Positions 29,319-38,266 of a DNA stretch of 64,000 nt are shown in pieces. The first letter of the stretch is position 1. Each line of letters opens with the position of its first letter. The notes under the pieces are model-generated. The model searched no databases and was not told the DNA's origin. It worked only from the letters and a program-made list of their open reading frames with translations. The DNA comes from Bacteroidia bacterium (GTDB lineage: Bacteria > Bacteroidota > Bacteroidia > SpSt-205): NCBI GenBank assembly GCA_026003215.1, contig BPGV01000001.1:1303089-1367088 (forward strand). Reading direction: 5' to 3'. Made by a program: the position numbers and the translations under genes.

Positions 29319-32300
29319 TTACCACACGCGTATGCCCCACATAGTCACGTCATCCAGCTGTTCTCGGTCTTTGCCGAAATCCTTCCATTCTTTCCACCGC
29401 ATATTGAAAAGAGCCCGGCGACGAGACATAGAGGGTTCATGGATTGTCTCTAAGATGAACTCTTTGAGCTTTTTCGTACCAAAGCGCTTTTCTTCAGGAC
29501 CGCCCAGTTGGTCTACCACCCCGTCGGTAAAAAGAAAGAACGTATCGCCGGCCTCCAGAAAAACCTCATGTTCCGTGAAGAAGCGCTCTTCTTCCAGTTG
29601 CTCCCCGCCAATAGCTTTTTTGTCGGGCTTGATTTCCTTGAGCTCTACCCCTCGCGTGTAGTACAAAGGCAAGTTGGCCCCGGCATACAAGAGGCGATAA
29701 TTTTGGGGAAAGTAGCGCACTAAGGCAATATCCATGCCATCGCGCGAGAGGGTCTCTTCACCTTCTATGTCCTGACGAAGCACTTGGCGCACACCGATGT
29801 GTAGGTCATGGAGGATTTGCGCAGGGGAGTAGATTCGGTCTTTATTGATGATTTGGTCCAGGAGAATACTCCCGATGAGAGTCATAAAGGCGCCGGGCAC
29901 GCCATGCCCGGTACCATCGGCTACTACGATGAAATAACTATCTTCGGTAGGACTAAACCAATAAAAATCACCACCTACACCATTCCTGTGCTGAGGCCGC
30001 CAAATAATAAAGTAGTTATCTTTTCCAAAGTATTTATCCAGCAAAGCATCCGAAGGAAGGATGTTTTTCTGCATGCGTTTCGCGTAGCGGATGCTTTCCT
30101 GGATATTTTGCATGGCCTCTTCCAGCTCGCGTTTTTGGAGTTCGAGCTGTTCGTAGGCTTCTTGGAGGCGGCGGGCGTAAGCTTGTTGGGCTTCTTCGAT
30201 CACCGAAGCCGCCGAAGCCGCCAGGGCCCGGAGAAAGTTCACTTCATCCAGCTGCCACTGGCGCTGCGTGTATCTATGTTCTACGCTGATAAGACCGACG
30301 GTTTTAGCGCCCACGCGTATAACGCCATCAAGCACGCTGGCCACATTGTTTGGCTTAAAGAGCGGCAAAGCCAGCTCTCGCGTGCGCAGGTCAGATAACG
30401 CATCTACCACGGCTATCACCTGATCCCGCTCTAAACTTTGAAAGTACAACGGATACAAAGACCGATTAGTCACAGTACCTACAGTATGGGAATGGGGTTC
30501 TTTTTCAGCGACAGCTACACACCGGGCAAGGTCAGGCTCTTCGTATAACCATATACTTACACGATACGCTTTGAAAGTTTCCAAGGCTATCTCCGCGATT
30601 ACTTGAAAAGCCTTTTCAATATCCCCTTCACGCAGGGCCGGATGGGCCGCCAAGACAGAAAGCGCGTTCTGCTGCTCTTTGAGGCGGAACTCCTGCTCTT
30701 TTTGCTCGGTTATGTCAAATAGGATATTGATGGTTTTGAGGATAGAGGAGCGTTTATCGGGACGATTGTGATCTATCAGCGGAGTACTCGACATGATGGC
30801 CCAATACCGCTGTCCTAAGTTACCTTTAAGCTCTACTTCGGCTTTCCAAAACTGGCCCGCTTGCATGCTGCGCCAGTGCCCTTGAAGGACAGCCATAGGT
30901 TGCCTTTCAGAAAAAAGCACCCCATAATGGGGCCCTTGGAGTTCGGACAGCTCATAACCGAGGGCCTCCGCCAAACCTTGGGAAAGGTAGGTGAGGTGCC
31001 CTTCGCCATCTGTCTCAAAGAGCCAAGCGGCATTATTCAATGCCTCTAACTGCGCCGAAAGCTGCAGCTGGGAAACCCTGTAGTTTTCGTTACTACGACG
31101 GAGCTCCTCGGTATTTTCCCGCAGAAGCTGCTCCTGCTCCCGCGCTAAAAGCAGCGCATTTTGAATCTCGGATTCTTGCTGCTTTTGGAGTGTGATATCA
31201 AATCCTACCAAAATATATTTGTATATTTGACCATCTACTTGTCTTACCGGCGTAATAGTTTGCTGAAACCAGACCTCCTCGCCGTATTTATTTGTATAGG
31301 AGACAACTTCTTGCCAGGCTTCTCCTTTACGGAGGTGGGAAAAAAGCTTCTCTACGAGGGGCTGCTCTTCGGGGCGGCGCAGCTGGCTGTAAGGTGCTCC
31401 CAGTACCTCTTCGGCGGTGTAGCCAAAAAGTCGGAGGAAGGCTTCATTGACGTAAATCAGGCGGCCTTCGGGGTTCATTTCGGCCACCAGGGCGGCCGCG
31501 TTGAGGGCCGTAATCTGGCCGCGCAACTCCGCCTGGGTGCGGCGCATTTCTTCGGCTGATGCTTCCAGCTCTTCTATGTTTTGCCGAAGCTCCTCTTCCA
31601 ACGCTTGAGCTTGTTCTAAATAGGAAAGGAGTTCTTCTTCCACCAGCTTGCGGTGTCCTTGTTGGAGCAGAAGCGAAGCCACTCGGGCCAGGAGCGCAGG
31701 ATACTCTAAATCCTTTGGCGGTGCCTCCGTAAGTCTTTCTACAAAAAACACCCCGGCTATTTCTTCATCCAGATACACCGGGAAAAGCCATAACTGTTTG
31801 ACTCTCTTCTCCTCCAGGTAGGCCACTAAGCCCGGCGCAGTGGGTTGATAAGGACCCGGCGCAGGCGGTTCTACAAGATGGGCACGTACCCACTGGGTAG
31901 CCTCTGGGGGCAGATCTACGCTATTGGAATGGGTCAAAAGGGTAGGATCATAAGCCTCCAGACAGTGTAGTTTCTCTTCTTCCTGGCCAAAAACCCAGAA
32001 ACTATACCGCGCATCCGGGTCCAGGGTAGCTGCTACTTCACAGATCGCAGATAGTCCCTCTAATACTTCTCCTTTTTGGAGGGCCGGCATTTTGAGGAGC
32101 GTCTGGAGGCTCTGCCTTTGCCGCAAAAGCCGCTCTACCTCTTGGTTATATTCTGCCTGGAGGACGGCATACTGCTGACGCAGCCGCTCATACTCCGCTT
32201 CTACTTCCTGCAAGCGGAACTGGGCCTTATGCAGCGCCTCTTCCAGGGCTTTGAGTTTCCGAGTGGCTTGTGCTATCTCTACGACGGACAGGAGAGCCTT

Positions 32301-33515
32301 TTGTTCTTTGCCCCGCCGATACGGTAAAAAGAAGTACAAGTACTCCGCATCTCCTGCCTCTATTTGACCTTGGCGAGGCATCCCTTGCCGAAAGGCTTCC
32401 TCTAAATCAGCCGAAATATCGAAAAGCTTTTTCCATGAGCTGGCCTCAGACAGCCGAAGGAACAGGTCATTTTGAGAGACAAGTTGTCCCTCCGGAGACA
32501 CTTCCGCGAGAGGTACAAGGTTTTGAAAAGCCCCTATTTCCAGGCGGAGGGTTTCTATTTGCTCGGAGAGACGCTTTTCCGTAGCTTGGAGTTCGGTCAA
32601 AAGGGCCTGCTTTTCTTCCTCGGCCTGCTTAAGGGCTTGCTCGGCAGCTTCCTGGGCTTGGGCTATTTGCTGGAGGGGGGAGAGTGCGGGGCCCAAAAGA
32701 GGCTTAAGCTCATTCCACGTAATGGCATTCCGCTTTTCGGCCAAAGCCTCCACTACCGCTAAGAGAGAATGCCACCGCTGCAAAAGATGGTTATAACTCT
32801 GCACTAAGGGCGCCCACGCTGCCTCAGGAACTGGCAGTTTCTCTCCTCGGGCTGAGAGCGCTACGATCTCTCTGAAAAGTTTTTCTTCCTTTCGTCCTAT
32901 GAACAGTACGACCCCCACCCCGAGTATTAATAAAAGGCCTACCCCGACTAAGGCCCCTATCTGGACTTGCCGAAGCCCCCTTGCCTGCTCTTGAGTTTCT
33001 TGCTGGACCTTCTCCTCCAAGAGGTTTTGAAACCGTTTAATTTCGGTTTCTATGCCATTTAGCAAGGCAGGCTCCTCTGCATAATATTGCTCTAACACCA
33101 GTTGCCATTCTTCTTTTTGCTTAGCTGTCTCTAAGGCGCGACGCCAGCCCGTGTGCCGCTTTTCCAAAAGGAGGATACGCTCTGCAAGCTCCCGCAAAGC
33201 CGGCGCAAATGACGGGTCAAAGAGGTTTCTTTCTATAGCTTTTAAGGCTTCGCGTAAGCTACTCTGGCGAAGCAGGGTAGGGGGCAAGGAGCGCCCCGTC
33301 ACTTGCTCTAAAAAAATAGAACGCAGGCGCAGCTCTTGTATCCATACAGCCCGTTCTATATCCAAAAGCGCTTGCTGAAGCGCGACCCACCGCTGCTGCC
33401 TTTGTTCACGCGCTCGGTGCAGCTGCCATAGCCCTACCCCTCCTGCAATGCCCAAAACCCCCACGACTAAAAGAAAAAATACGCTCCACTGGCGCACACG
33501 CTGGCCCGGTAACAT
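29319..33515 (-). CDS. Membrane sensor with PAS and GAF domains and C-terminal SpoIIE/PP2C phosphatase
   Basis: Two TM segments, PAS (YVNEAF..LFGY; DITLQK), GAF regions, GGDFYW, ADGTGHGVPGAFM, FTDG, DDVT. Confidence 0.85.
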   Translation of the reverse strand: MLPGQRVRQWSVFFLLVVGVLGIAGGVGLWQLHRAREQRQQRWVALQQALLDIERAVWIQELRLRSIFLEQVTGRSLPPTLLRQSSLREALKAIERNLFDPSFAPALRELAERILLLEKRHTGWRRALETAKQKEEWQLVLEQYYAEEPALLNGIETEIKRFQNLLEEKVQQETQEQARGLRQVQIGALVGVGLLLILGVGVVLFIGRKEEKLFREIVALSARGEKLPVPEAAWAPLVQSYNHLLQRWHSLLAVVEALAEKRNAITWNELKPLLGPALSPLQQIAQAQEAAEQALKQAEEEKQALLTELQATEKRLSEQIETLRLEIGAFQNLVPLAEVSPEGQLVSQNDLFLRLSEASSWKKLFDISADLEEAFRQGMPRQGQIEAGDAEYLYFFLPYRRGKEQKALLSVVEIAQATRKLKALEEALHKAQFRLQEVEAEYERLRQQYAVLQAEYNQEVERLLRQRQSLQTLLKMPALQKGEVLEGLSAICEVAATLDPDARYSFWVFGQEEEKLHCLEAYDPTLLTHSNSVDLPPEATQWVRAHLVEPPAPGPYQPTAPGLVAYLEEKRVKQLWLFPVYLDEEIAGVFFVERLTEAPPKDLEYPALLARVASLLLQQGHRKLVEEELLSYLEQAQALEEELRQNIEELEASAEEMRRTQAELRGQITALNAAALVAEMNPEGRLIYVNEAFLRLFGYTAEEVLGAPYSQLRRPEEQPLVEKLFSHLRKGEAWQEVVSYTNKYGEEVWFQQTITPVRQVDGQIYKYILVGFDITLQKQQESEIQNALLLAREQEQLLRENTEELRRSNENYRVSQLQLSAQLEALNNAAWLFETDGEGHLTYLSQGLAEALGYELSELQGPHYGVLFSERQPMAVLQGHWRSMQAGQFWKAEVELKGNLGQRYWAIMSSTPLIDHNRPDKRSSILKTINILFDITEQKEQEFRLKEQQNALSVLAAHPALREGDIEKAFQVIAEIALETFKAYRVSIWLYEEPDLARCVAVAEKEPHSHTVGTVTNRSLYPLYFQSLERDQVIAVVDALSDLRTRELALPLFKPNNVASVLDGVIRVGAKTVGLISVEHRYTQRQWQLDEVNFLRALAASAASVIEEAQQAYARRLQEAYEQLELQKRELEEAMQNIQESIRYAKRMQKNILPSDALLDKYFGKDNYFIIWRPQHRNGVGGDFYWFSPTEDSYFIVVADGTGHGVPGAFMTLIGSILLDQIINKDRIYSPAQILHDLHIGVRQVLRQDIEGEETLSRDGMDIALVRYFPQNYRLLYAGANLPLYYTRGVELKEIKPDKKAIGGEQLEEERFFTEHEVFLEAGDTFFLFTDGVVDQLGGPEEKRFGTKKLKEFILETIHEPSMSRRRALFNMRWKEWKDFGKDREQLDDVTMWGIRVW

Positions 33516-33552
33516 CTCCACTAAGGTACAAAAAGCACACGGGATACACTTA

Positions 33553-36500
33553 TCAGAGCCCCTGCTTAAACCCTACCAGAAACCGCGCCGCAGAAACCCG
33601 CCCCTCTTCTATGGGCCAATACACCTCCACGCCGATAGGTAATCGCATCACTTGAAACCGTAGTCCCGTCCCGATGCTCATAAGAAAAGGACTCTTGAGC
33701 GTCTGCACACTGATGATAAGGGGCGGACGATAAATGTATTCAGCATCTATGGGATTTTTTTGGGAAAAGGGATTTCCTGTAGTCCACGTTGTAGCCACAT
33801 AATAGCCTATCTGCCATTCAAAAGTGTAAGTATTTTTGACAGGAAGGGAGGGTTCTCGTCGCCAAGCCAAAATTGGGAAGCGCGCCACCACAGAAGCCGA
33901 TAAAAGGTTACGTCCCCGGCGAGCTTGATACGGAAAGCCCGGCAAGTAGTGGTATTCGCTCATGTAGTAAGCCCCTATGGGCCCCAGGGTCGGTACCTGA
34001 CTACGGTTTTGGAAGTCGTAGTTAATCCAATCTGGAACGCCCCCGAGGAAGAAATAGCGCCCTGGCGTGCCGCCCAAGGCCGCCGACCCCGCAGCTTCAA
34101 CCACAAAGGCGCGGGCCACGGGTTGAAAGCGCCTAATATGCAGCGCTATCAAGGGGAAAGTCCATCCGCCTTCCCCTTGGTAGGCTTCTCCGCGCAGGGT
34201 ACCTTGCCATCCCTGCCAAGGAAAAGTCTCGCGGTAAGCGATTCGCTCATATTGTAGCTGCGCGCGCCCGCCCCACCACCGGGCATGCCCCGAGAGGTCT
34301 TGGGCATCGGTAGTTTGGAGGTCGTAGCGAGTAGCATCTATCCCCAACAAAGCCCCCTCTACAGCTATGCCTGGCCGTATAACATACCGCAGCCCCAACT
34401 CGCCTTGCCAAGTAGTATTACGTAGGGTACGCCCATATCGGGTAGCAGGGAAGTAATGGCTTTGCTTCCGTAGCTGGGTAAATGGCTGAAATGCACTGCG
34501 ATACCGAGTGTAGCTTAGCGCAAATTCTGAACTTCGCAAGTCAATATACGGCGTCCATGCAAAAGACCACGCATGGTCGCCGTGGGGATCGCGCGCCGAG
34601 GCCGAAACCTGCCATCCTAAGCGCATGAGCGGATGCAATACAGGTCCCATACGCACATCCCATAAAAGCCAGTGATACGGAACAGCGCCCTGGGGCTTGC
34701 TCTCCGGGAGAAAGTAAGATTTTTGCGTAGGCTCCACCGCCTTTTGGCGGCGGCGGCGCACGGGCCGACTGACATCCTCGTCAAAGAGATAGAAGGCAGA
34801 GGGTTTCTGAGAGAGCGTATCTCCCCGTAGTGTATCCGTACGAGGAAGGGGCTTTTCACTGTGTCCTTTTGCGGCCGCAAGGTACATAGCGCGCCGTTGC
34901 AGCCGAAACTGAATAATCTCTGCTGCCAGCAGCGAAGGAAAGGCAGCCCCCTTTTGCCATAGCTGGGATAAAGGCACCGCTCCTATCCGAAGCCTGCCCC
35001 CTCGGTACCGAAGGAAGTAAGCCTTTTCCGTAGCCTGGCCTATCCACCGGGCAAGGCCGACTGTACGCCATGCAGAAGCCGCCGAACTATCCCGCCACAG
35101 AAGCCAAGCACACCCTTGCCCCGTCACATCTGTTAGGGTAGCCATAAGCGTATCCCCGACCACCCATCCGCCTTTTACTTCGTAATACGGAGGAAACGGC
35201 AACGGCTCCCAGGAACCTGCATGATAGCGCACCGGCCGCGCAGGCTCCCACAGCACAGATAGGCTGGCTGGTCCGACCGTATCGGGTTGCCACGCAGCCC
35301 AGTAGTCTCCTTGCGCTTCTGCGGGGGCATAGAAGTCTCCTTGAAGCTGCCCCAGTTTCCTAAGGGCGCCGGACGGCAAAGTGAGGGTATATACGGCTAC
35401 CTCTCCCCTATCATCCATGCCCGCAATCAGAAGCGTACCTCCCTGAGTCCAGCGCAAGCTCTCTACCGCGCGTAAAGAGATGGGCAAGCGCTGATACTGC
35501 TTGTCTCCAACGGCCCAGTGCCATAGCACAGGCCCTTCCATCTCATAGCTCAGCCACGCCAGCCGCCCTTCTGAAGAGAACGCCATGGGTAGGTTCAGCT
35601 CGTAATATCCCCCCGGCCACGGCCAGCTGCCCCCTAAGGAATACTCTTCTTCTTCAAGTCGGAGATAATACCGTACCTGCCCTTGTTGCAAGACAGCATA
35701 CGCCACCTTCTGCCCATCAGGAGACACCGCAGCTGATAGCACAGCTTTGCGGAATATCTCTTCACTCTCAGGTGACAAAGTAGGTTTTTCCTGCAGAATA
35801 TCCAGAAAGCTGCGCCACTTTTCGGCAAGTTCTTCTTCAGAAATGTTGAGGGTAAAAGCGAGGGCCTCGGGAATATTTCGGGTAAGGCGGGCCATGTACA
35901 AGAGGTCTATGAGTTTACGTTGCCCGTAGGTGCGGTAGATATAAAACCACAGCGACTTATAGAGGCTTTTATAAAAAGGGGAGGGCCGAGCGGTGCGGTC
36001 AGCCAAGAGGATCAAGGCGTTCTCAGGCATGAGTTGCAGGCGGGCATAATCTTCGCCTGTCCACCCTTCTCCCCAAAAAAACGCAAAGCCCCACAAAAAC
36101 CAGTCGGGCATATATAAGAGCGCCCGATTTTGGAGGCGAACCCCCTCAGAGAAATACAGGTGCTCTAAGATAGCGCCGATAACCTGACTGCGCACGATAG
36201 CGGCGGTAGTGGCTCGGGTTCCCCCCGGAAATACTTCTATAAGCGGTGGAGGAGCTACGAGGGCTCCTCGGGGGTTCCAAGGAGGCTGCTGCCCCCACGC
36301 GACCGGCGAAGGGTGAAGCCGTACAATGAGCGGCCGTTCCAAGGAAAACTCTAAAAGCCCCGTTAGCTCCCGGTATGCATCTGCCGCCCATGTCCCCACT
36401 TGCCGAGCTAATCCCTCTTGGCCTCGCACATACCATACGCCCACCGGCCCTACCTCCAAGGCCTCCCACCCCTTCGGCGCTCGCTTATACGCCACAAAGG

Positions 36501-36555
36501 GATTCTCCTGGGCCCACACCCAAGCAAAGCCTATTATGCCCCAGAGACGCCACAC
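33553..36555 (-). CDS. Large exported protein: degenerate peptidase-like region, TolB/WD40-like propeller and outer membrane barrel-like C-terminus
   Basis: Signal peptide ending WAQ; MPDWF..G; AVSPDGQKVAY; C-terminal amphipathic strands (GTGLRFQV...). Confidence 0.6.
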   Translation of the reverse strand: MWRLWGIIGFAWVWAQENPFVAYKRAPKGWEALEVGPVGVWYVRGQEGLARQVGTWAADAYRELTGLLEFSLERPLIVRLHPSPVAWGQQPPWNPRGALVAPPPLIEVFPGGTRATTAAIVRSQVIGAILEHLYFSEGVRLQNRALLYMPDWFLWGFAFFWGEGWTGEDYARLQLMPENALILLADRTARPSPFYKSLYKSLWFYIYRTYGQRKLIDLLYMARLTRNIPEALAFTLNISEEELAEKWRSFLDILQEKPTLSPESEEIFRKAVLSAAVSPDGQKVAYAVLQQGQVRYYLRLEEEEYSLGGSWPWPGGYYELNLPMAFSSEGRLAWLSYEMEGPVLWHWAVGDKQYQRLPISLRAVESLRWTQGGTLLIAGMDDRGEVAVYTLTLPSGALRKLGQLQGDFYAPAEAQGDYWAAWQPDTVGPASLSVLWEPARPVRYHAGSWEPLPFPPYYEVKGGWVVGDTLMATLTDVTGQGCAWLLWRDSSAASAWRTVGLARWIGQATEKAYFLRYRGGRLRIGAVPLSQLWQKGAAFPSLLAAEIIQFRLQRRAMYLAAAKGHSEKPLPRTDTLRGDTLSQKPSAFYLFDEDVSRPVRRRRQKAVEPTQKSYFLPESKPQGAVPYHWLLWDVRMGPVLHPLMRLGWQVSASARDPHGDHAWSFAWTPYIDLRSSEFALSYTRYRSAFQPFTQLRKQSHYFPATRYGRTLRNTTWQGELGLRYVIRPGIAVEGALLGIDATRYDLQTTDAQDLSGHARWWGGRAQLQYERIAYRETFPWQGWQGTLRGEAYQGEGGWTFPLIALHIRRFQPVARAFVVEAAGSAALGGTPGRYFFLGGVPDWINYDFQNRSQVPTLGPIGAYYMSEYHYLPGFPYQARRGRNLLSASVVARFPILAWRREPSLPVKNTYTFEWQIGYYVATTWTTGNPFSQKNPIDAEYIYRPPLIISVQTLKSPFLMSIGTGLRFQVMRLPIGVEVYWPIEEGRVSAARFLVGFKQGL

Positions 36556-36568
36556 CTCCCAAATAAAC

Positions 36569-36576
36569 TAAATTTG
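36569..36576 (+). promoter_or_regulatory. -7 element
   Basis: TAAATTTG, 4 nt before ATG 36581. Confidence 0.7.
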
Positions 36577-36580
36577 CGCC

Positions 36581-37300
36581 ATGCGTTACCTATATGGGAT
36601 AGCTCTCATAGCTACTTCTCTCTTGGCCCAGAAAAAGAAAGACCCAGCACCCGCTCCAGCTTCTGCCCCTTCCCCAGCCCAAAAAGTCTATGCCCAAGCC
36701 GTGGCTTATGGAGACCTCCTTACGCAGATATACGCGCTACACTGGCGCTTAGCCACAGAAGGGCCTTCTTTCGGCCTAAGGGATACCCTCGCTCAAACCT
36801 ACTTCCAGGCTGGCCTTTATCGCCAAGCCATAGCCGTAGCCGACGAACTCCTCAAAGAACAGCCCCGCAACGCCGACCTGGCCGAACTCAAAGCCCTTGC
36901 CTACTTCTACCTCCAAGATACCAAAAATGCCCTGGAAGCCTACGAAAAGCTCTACGAGATTACCCAATCGCCGCTACACCTGTACCAAGTAATCACCCTG
37001 CAGTTCAACCTCCAACGATACGGTGAGTGCCAAGCCAATATAGACAAACTCTTAGCCAATCCGGAGGCCGACCGCCTCACCGTGCGTATTTCCACACCTG
37101 ACGGTCAGACCCAGGAAGTACCCCTCCGAGCCGCAGCCTGGAATGTACGCGGCGTACTCTATCGCCTCCAAAAAGAACCCGAAAAAGCCCGCACCAGCTT
37201 TGAAGAAGCCCTCAAAATCGCGCCTACCTTCCTCCTCGCCAAGGGAAACCTGGAGGACCTCAATAAAGAAGTCCAGCCTTCTACCCCCTCTAAAAAGTAA
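36581..37300 (+). CDS. Secreted tetratricopeptide repeat protein
   Basis: Signal peptide ending LLAQ; TPR helices (AAWNVRGVLY...FEEALKIAP.F..A..NL). Confidence 0.8.
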   Translation: MRYLYGIALIATSLLAQKKKDPAPAPASAPSPAQKVYAQAVAYGDLLTQIYALHWRLATEGPSFGLRDTLAQTYFQAGLYRQAIAVADELLKEQPRNADLAELKALAYFYLQDTKNALEAYEKLYEITQSPLHLYQVITLQFNLQRYGECQANIDKLLANPEADRLTVRISTPDGQTQEVPLRAAAWNVRGVLYRLQKEPEKARTSFEEALKIAPTFLLAKGNLEDLNKEVQPSTPSKK

Positions 37301-37361
37301 GATATCCCCCCTATCTACTAATCCCCATCCCGATAGCCAGCCAGAAGGGCAGCCTCCCATT

Positions 37362-37390
37362 ATTTATATTCAGTATAGATTGTACCTTTG
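37362..37390 (+). promoter_or_regulatory. AT-rich palindromic operator candidate plus -7 element
   Basis: ATTTATATTCAGTATAGAT (9-1-9, 7/9 paired) followed by TACCTTTG, 5 nt before ATG 37396. Confidence 0.55.
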
Positions 37391-37395
37391 GAGGG

Positions 37396-38238
37396 ATGAG
37401 TGAAGCTTTCGTCACCTTCCGAGAGACCTTAGAGGCCGCGCTCGTAGTGGGAATTTTAGCTCGGTTTGCGCCTCGCAGCCAGCGTTTTTATCTCTGGAGT
37501 GGGATACTTGCGGCTATCCTTGTAAGTATAAGTGGGGCCCTGCTTCTCCATCGGATTGCCGTAGCTAATGCCTACTGGGAAGTAGCCCTCTCTCTCTTAG
37601 CCGCAGGCATGCTCCTGTATATGGTGGTGTGGATGCGCAAACGTAGCGCTACCCTCTCCCAAGAACTCCAAGCCATGGCTCAAGAAAAAGTGGGATGGAT
37701 GCTTTTTAGCCTTAGCTTCTTGGCTGTGGTCCGCGAAGGGTTAGAAACAGCGCTCTTTTTGCGGGCCTTATGGCATATTCAGGCCGGACTCTCATGGGCC
37801 GGAGGCCTTCTGGGTATCTTCACGGCAGCCCTGATAGGCTTGCTACTTTTTGTCTTTAGCCAGCGGGTTCCTTTACGGCCTTTCTTTAACATCACTTCGG
37901 TAATCCTCCTCTTGATTGCGGCAGGCATGGCCGCTTATGCCGTGCATGAGCTATTGGAACTGTGGGAAGGCCGCTTTGCCTGGGCGGAGGCGCTCGCTGA
38001 AGCCAAAGCCTGGTCGCTCTTCCCTCCTCGCACAGAAGCGCCCACCTCTTTCGCCTGGGCTTATACTCACGATGAGGGGCAGTTTTATCCCCCCCTGCAC
38101 CATAAGGGCTGGATAGGGGCCTTCCTCCAAGCGCTCACCGGCTGGCGAGCCAGCATGACCTGGACAGAAGTAGCCGTGTGGCTGGGCACCTTCGCCGTAG
38201 GCTTCTGGCTGTGGCGCCGCGCCCGCCCGCTCCAATAA
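37396..38238 (+). CDS. FTR1/EfeU family iron permease
   Basis: Two RExLE motifs (RETLE, REGLE); multiple TM segments. Confidence 0.9.
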   Translation: MSEAFVTFRETLEAALVVGILARFAPRSQRFYLWSGILAAILVSISGALLLHRIAVANAYWEVALSLLAAGMLLYMVVWMRKRSATLSQELQAMAQEKVGWMLFSLSFLAVVREGLETALFLRALWHIQAGLSWAGGLLGIFTAALIGLLLFVFSQRVPLRPFFNITSVILLLIAAGMAAYAVHELLELWEGRFAWAEALAEAKAWSLFPPRTEAPTSFAWAYTHDEGQFYPPLHHKGWIGAFLQALTGWRASMTWTEVAVWLGTFAVGFWLWRRARPLQ

Positions 38239-38254
38239 AAAATAGCGCTTTTTG

Positions 38255-38262
38255 TATCTTTG
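38255..38262 (+). promoter_or_regulatory. -7 element
   Basis: TATCTTTG, 4 nt before ATG 38267. Confidence 0.7.
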
Positions 38263-38266
38263 GTGG

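Noticed and set aside
36556-36560. GGAG and GAGGG directly before starts 36555 and 37396 as Shine-Dalgarno sites
   Set aside because: Zero spacing to the start codon and probably upstream of the inferred TSS.
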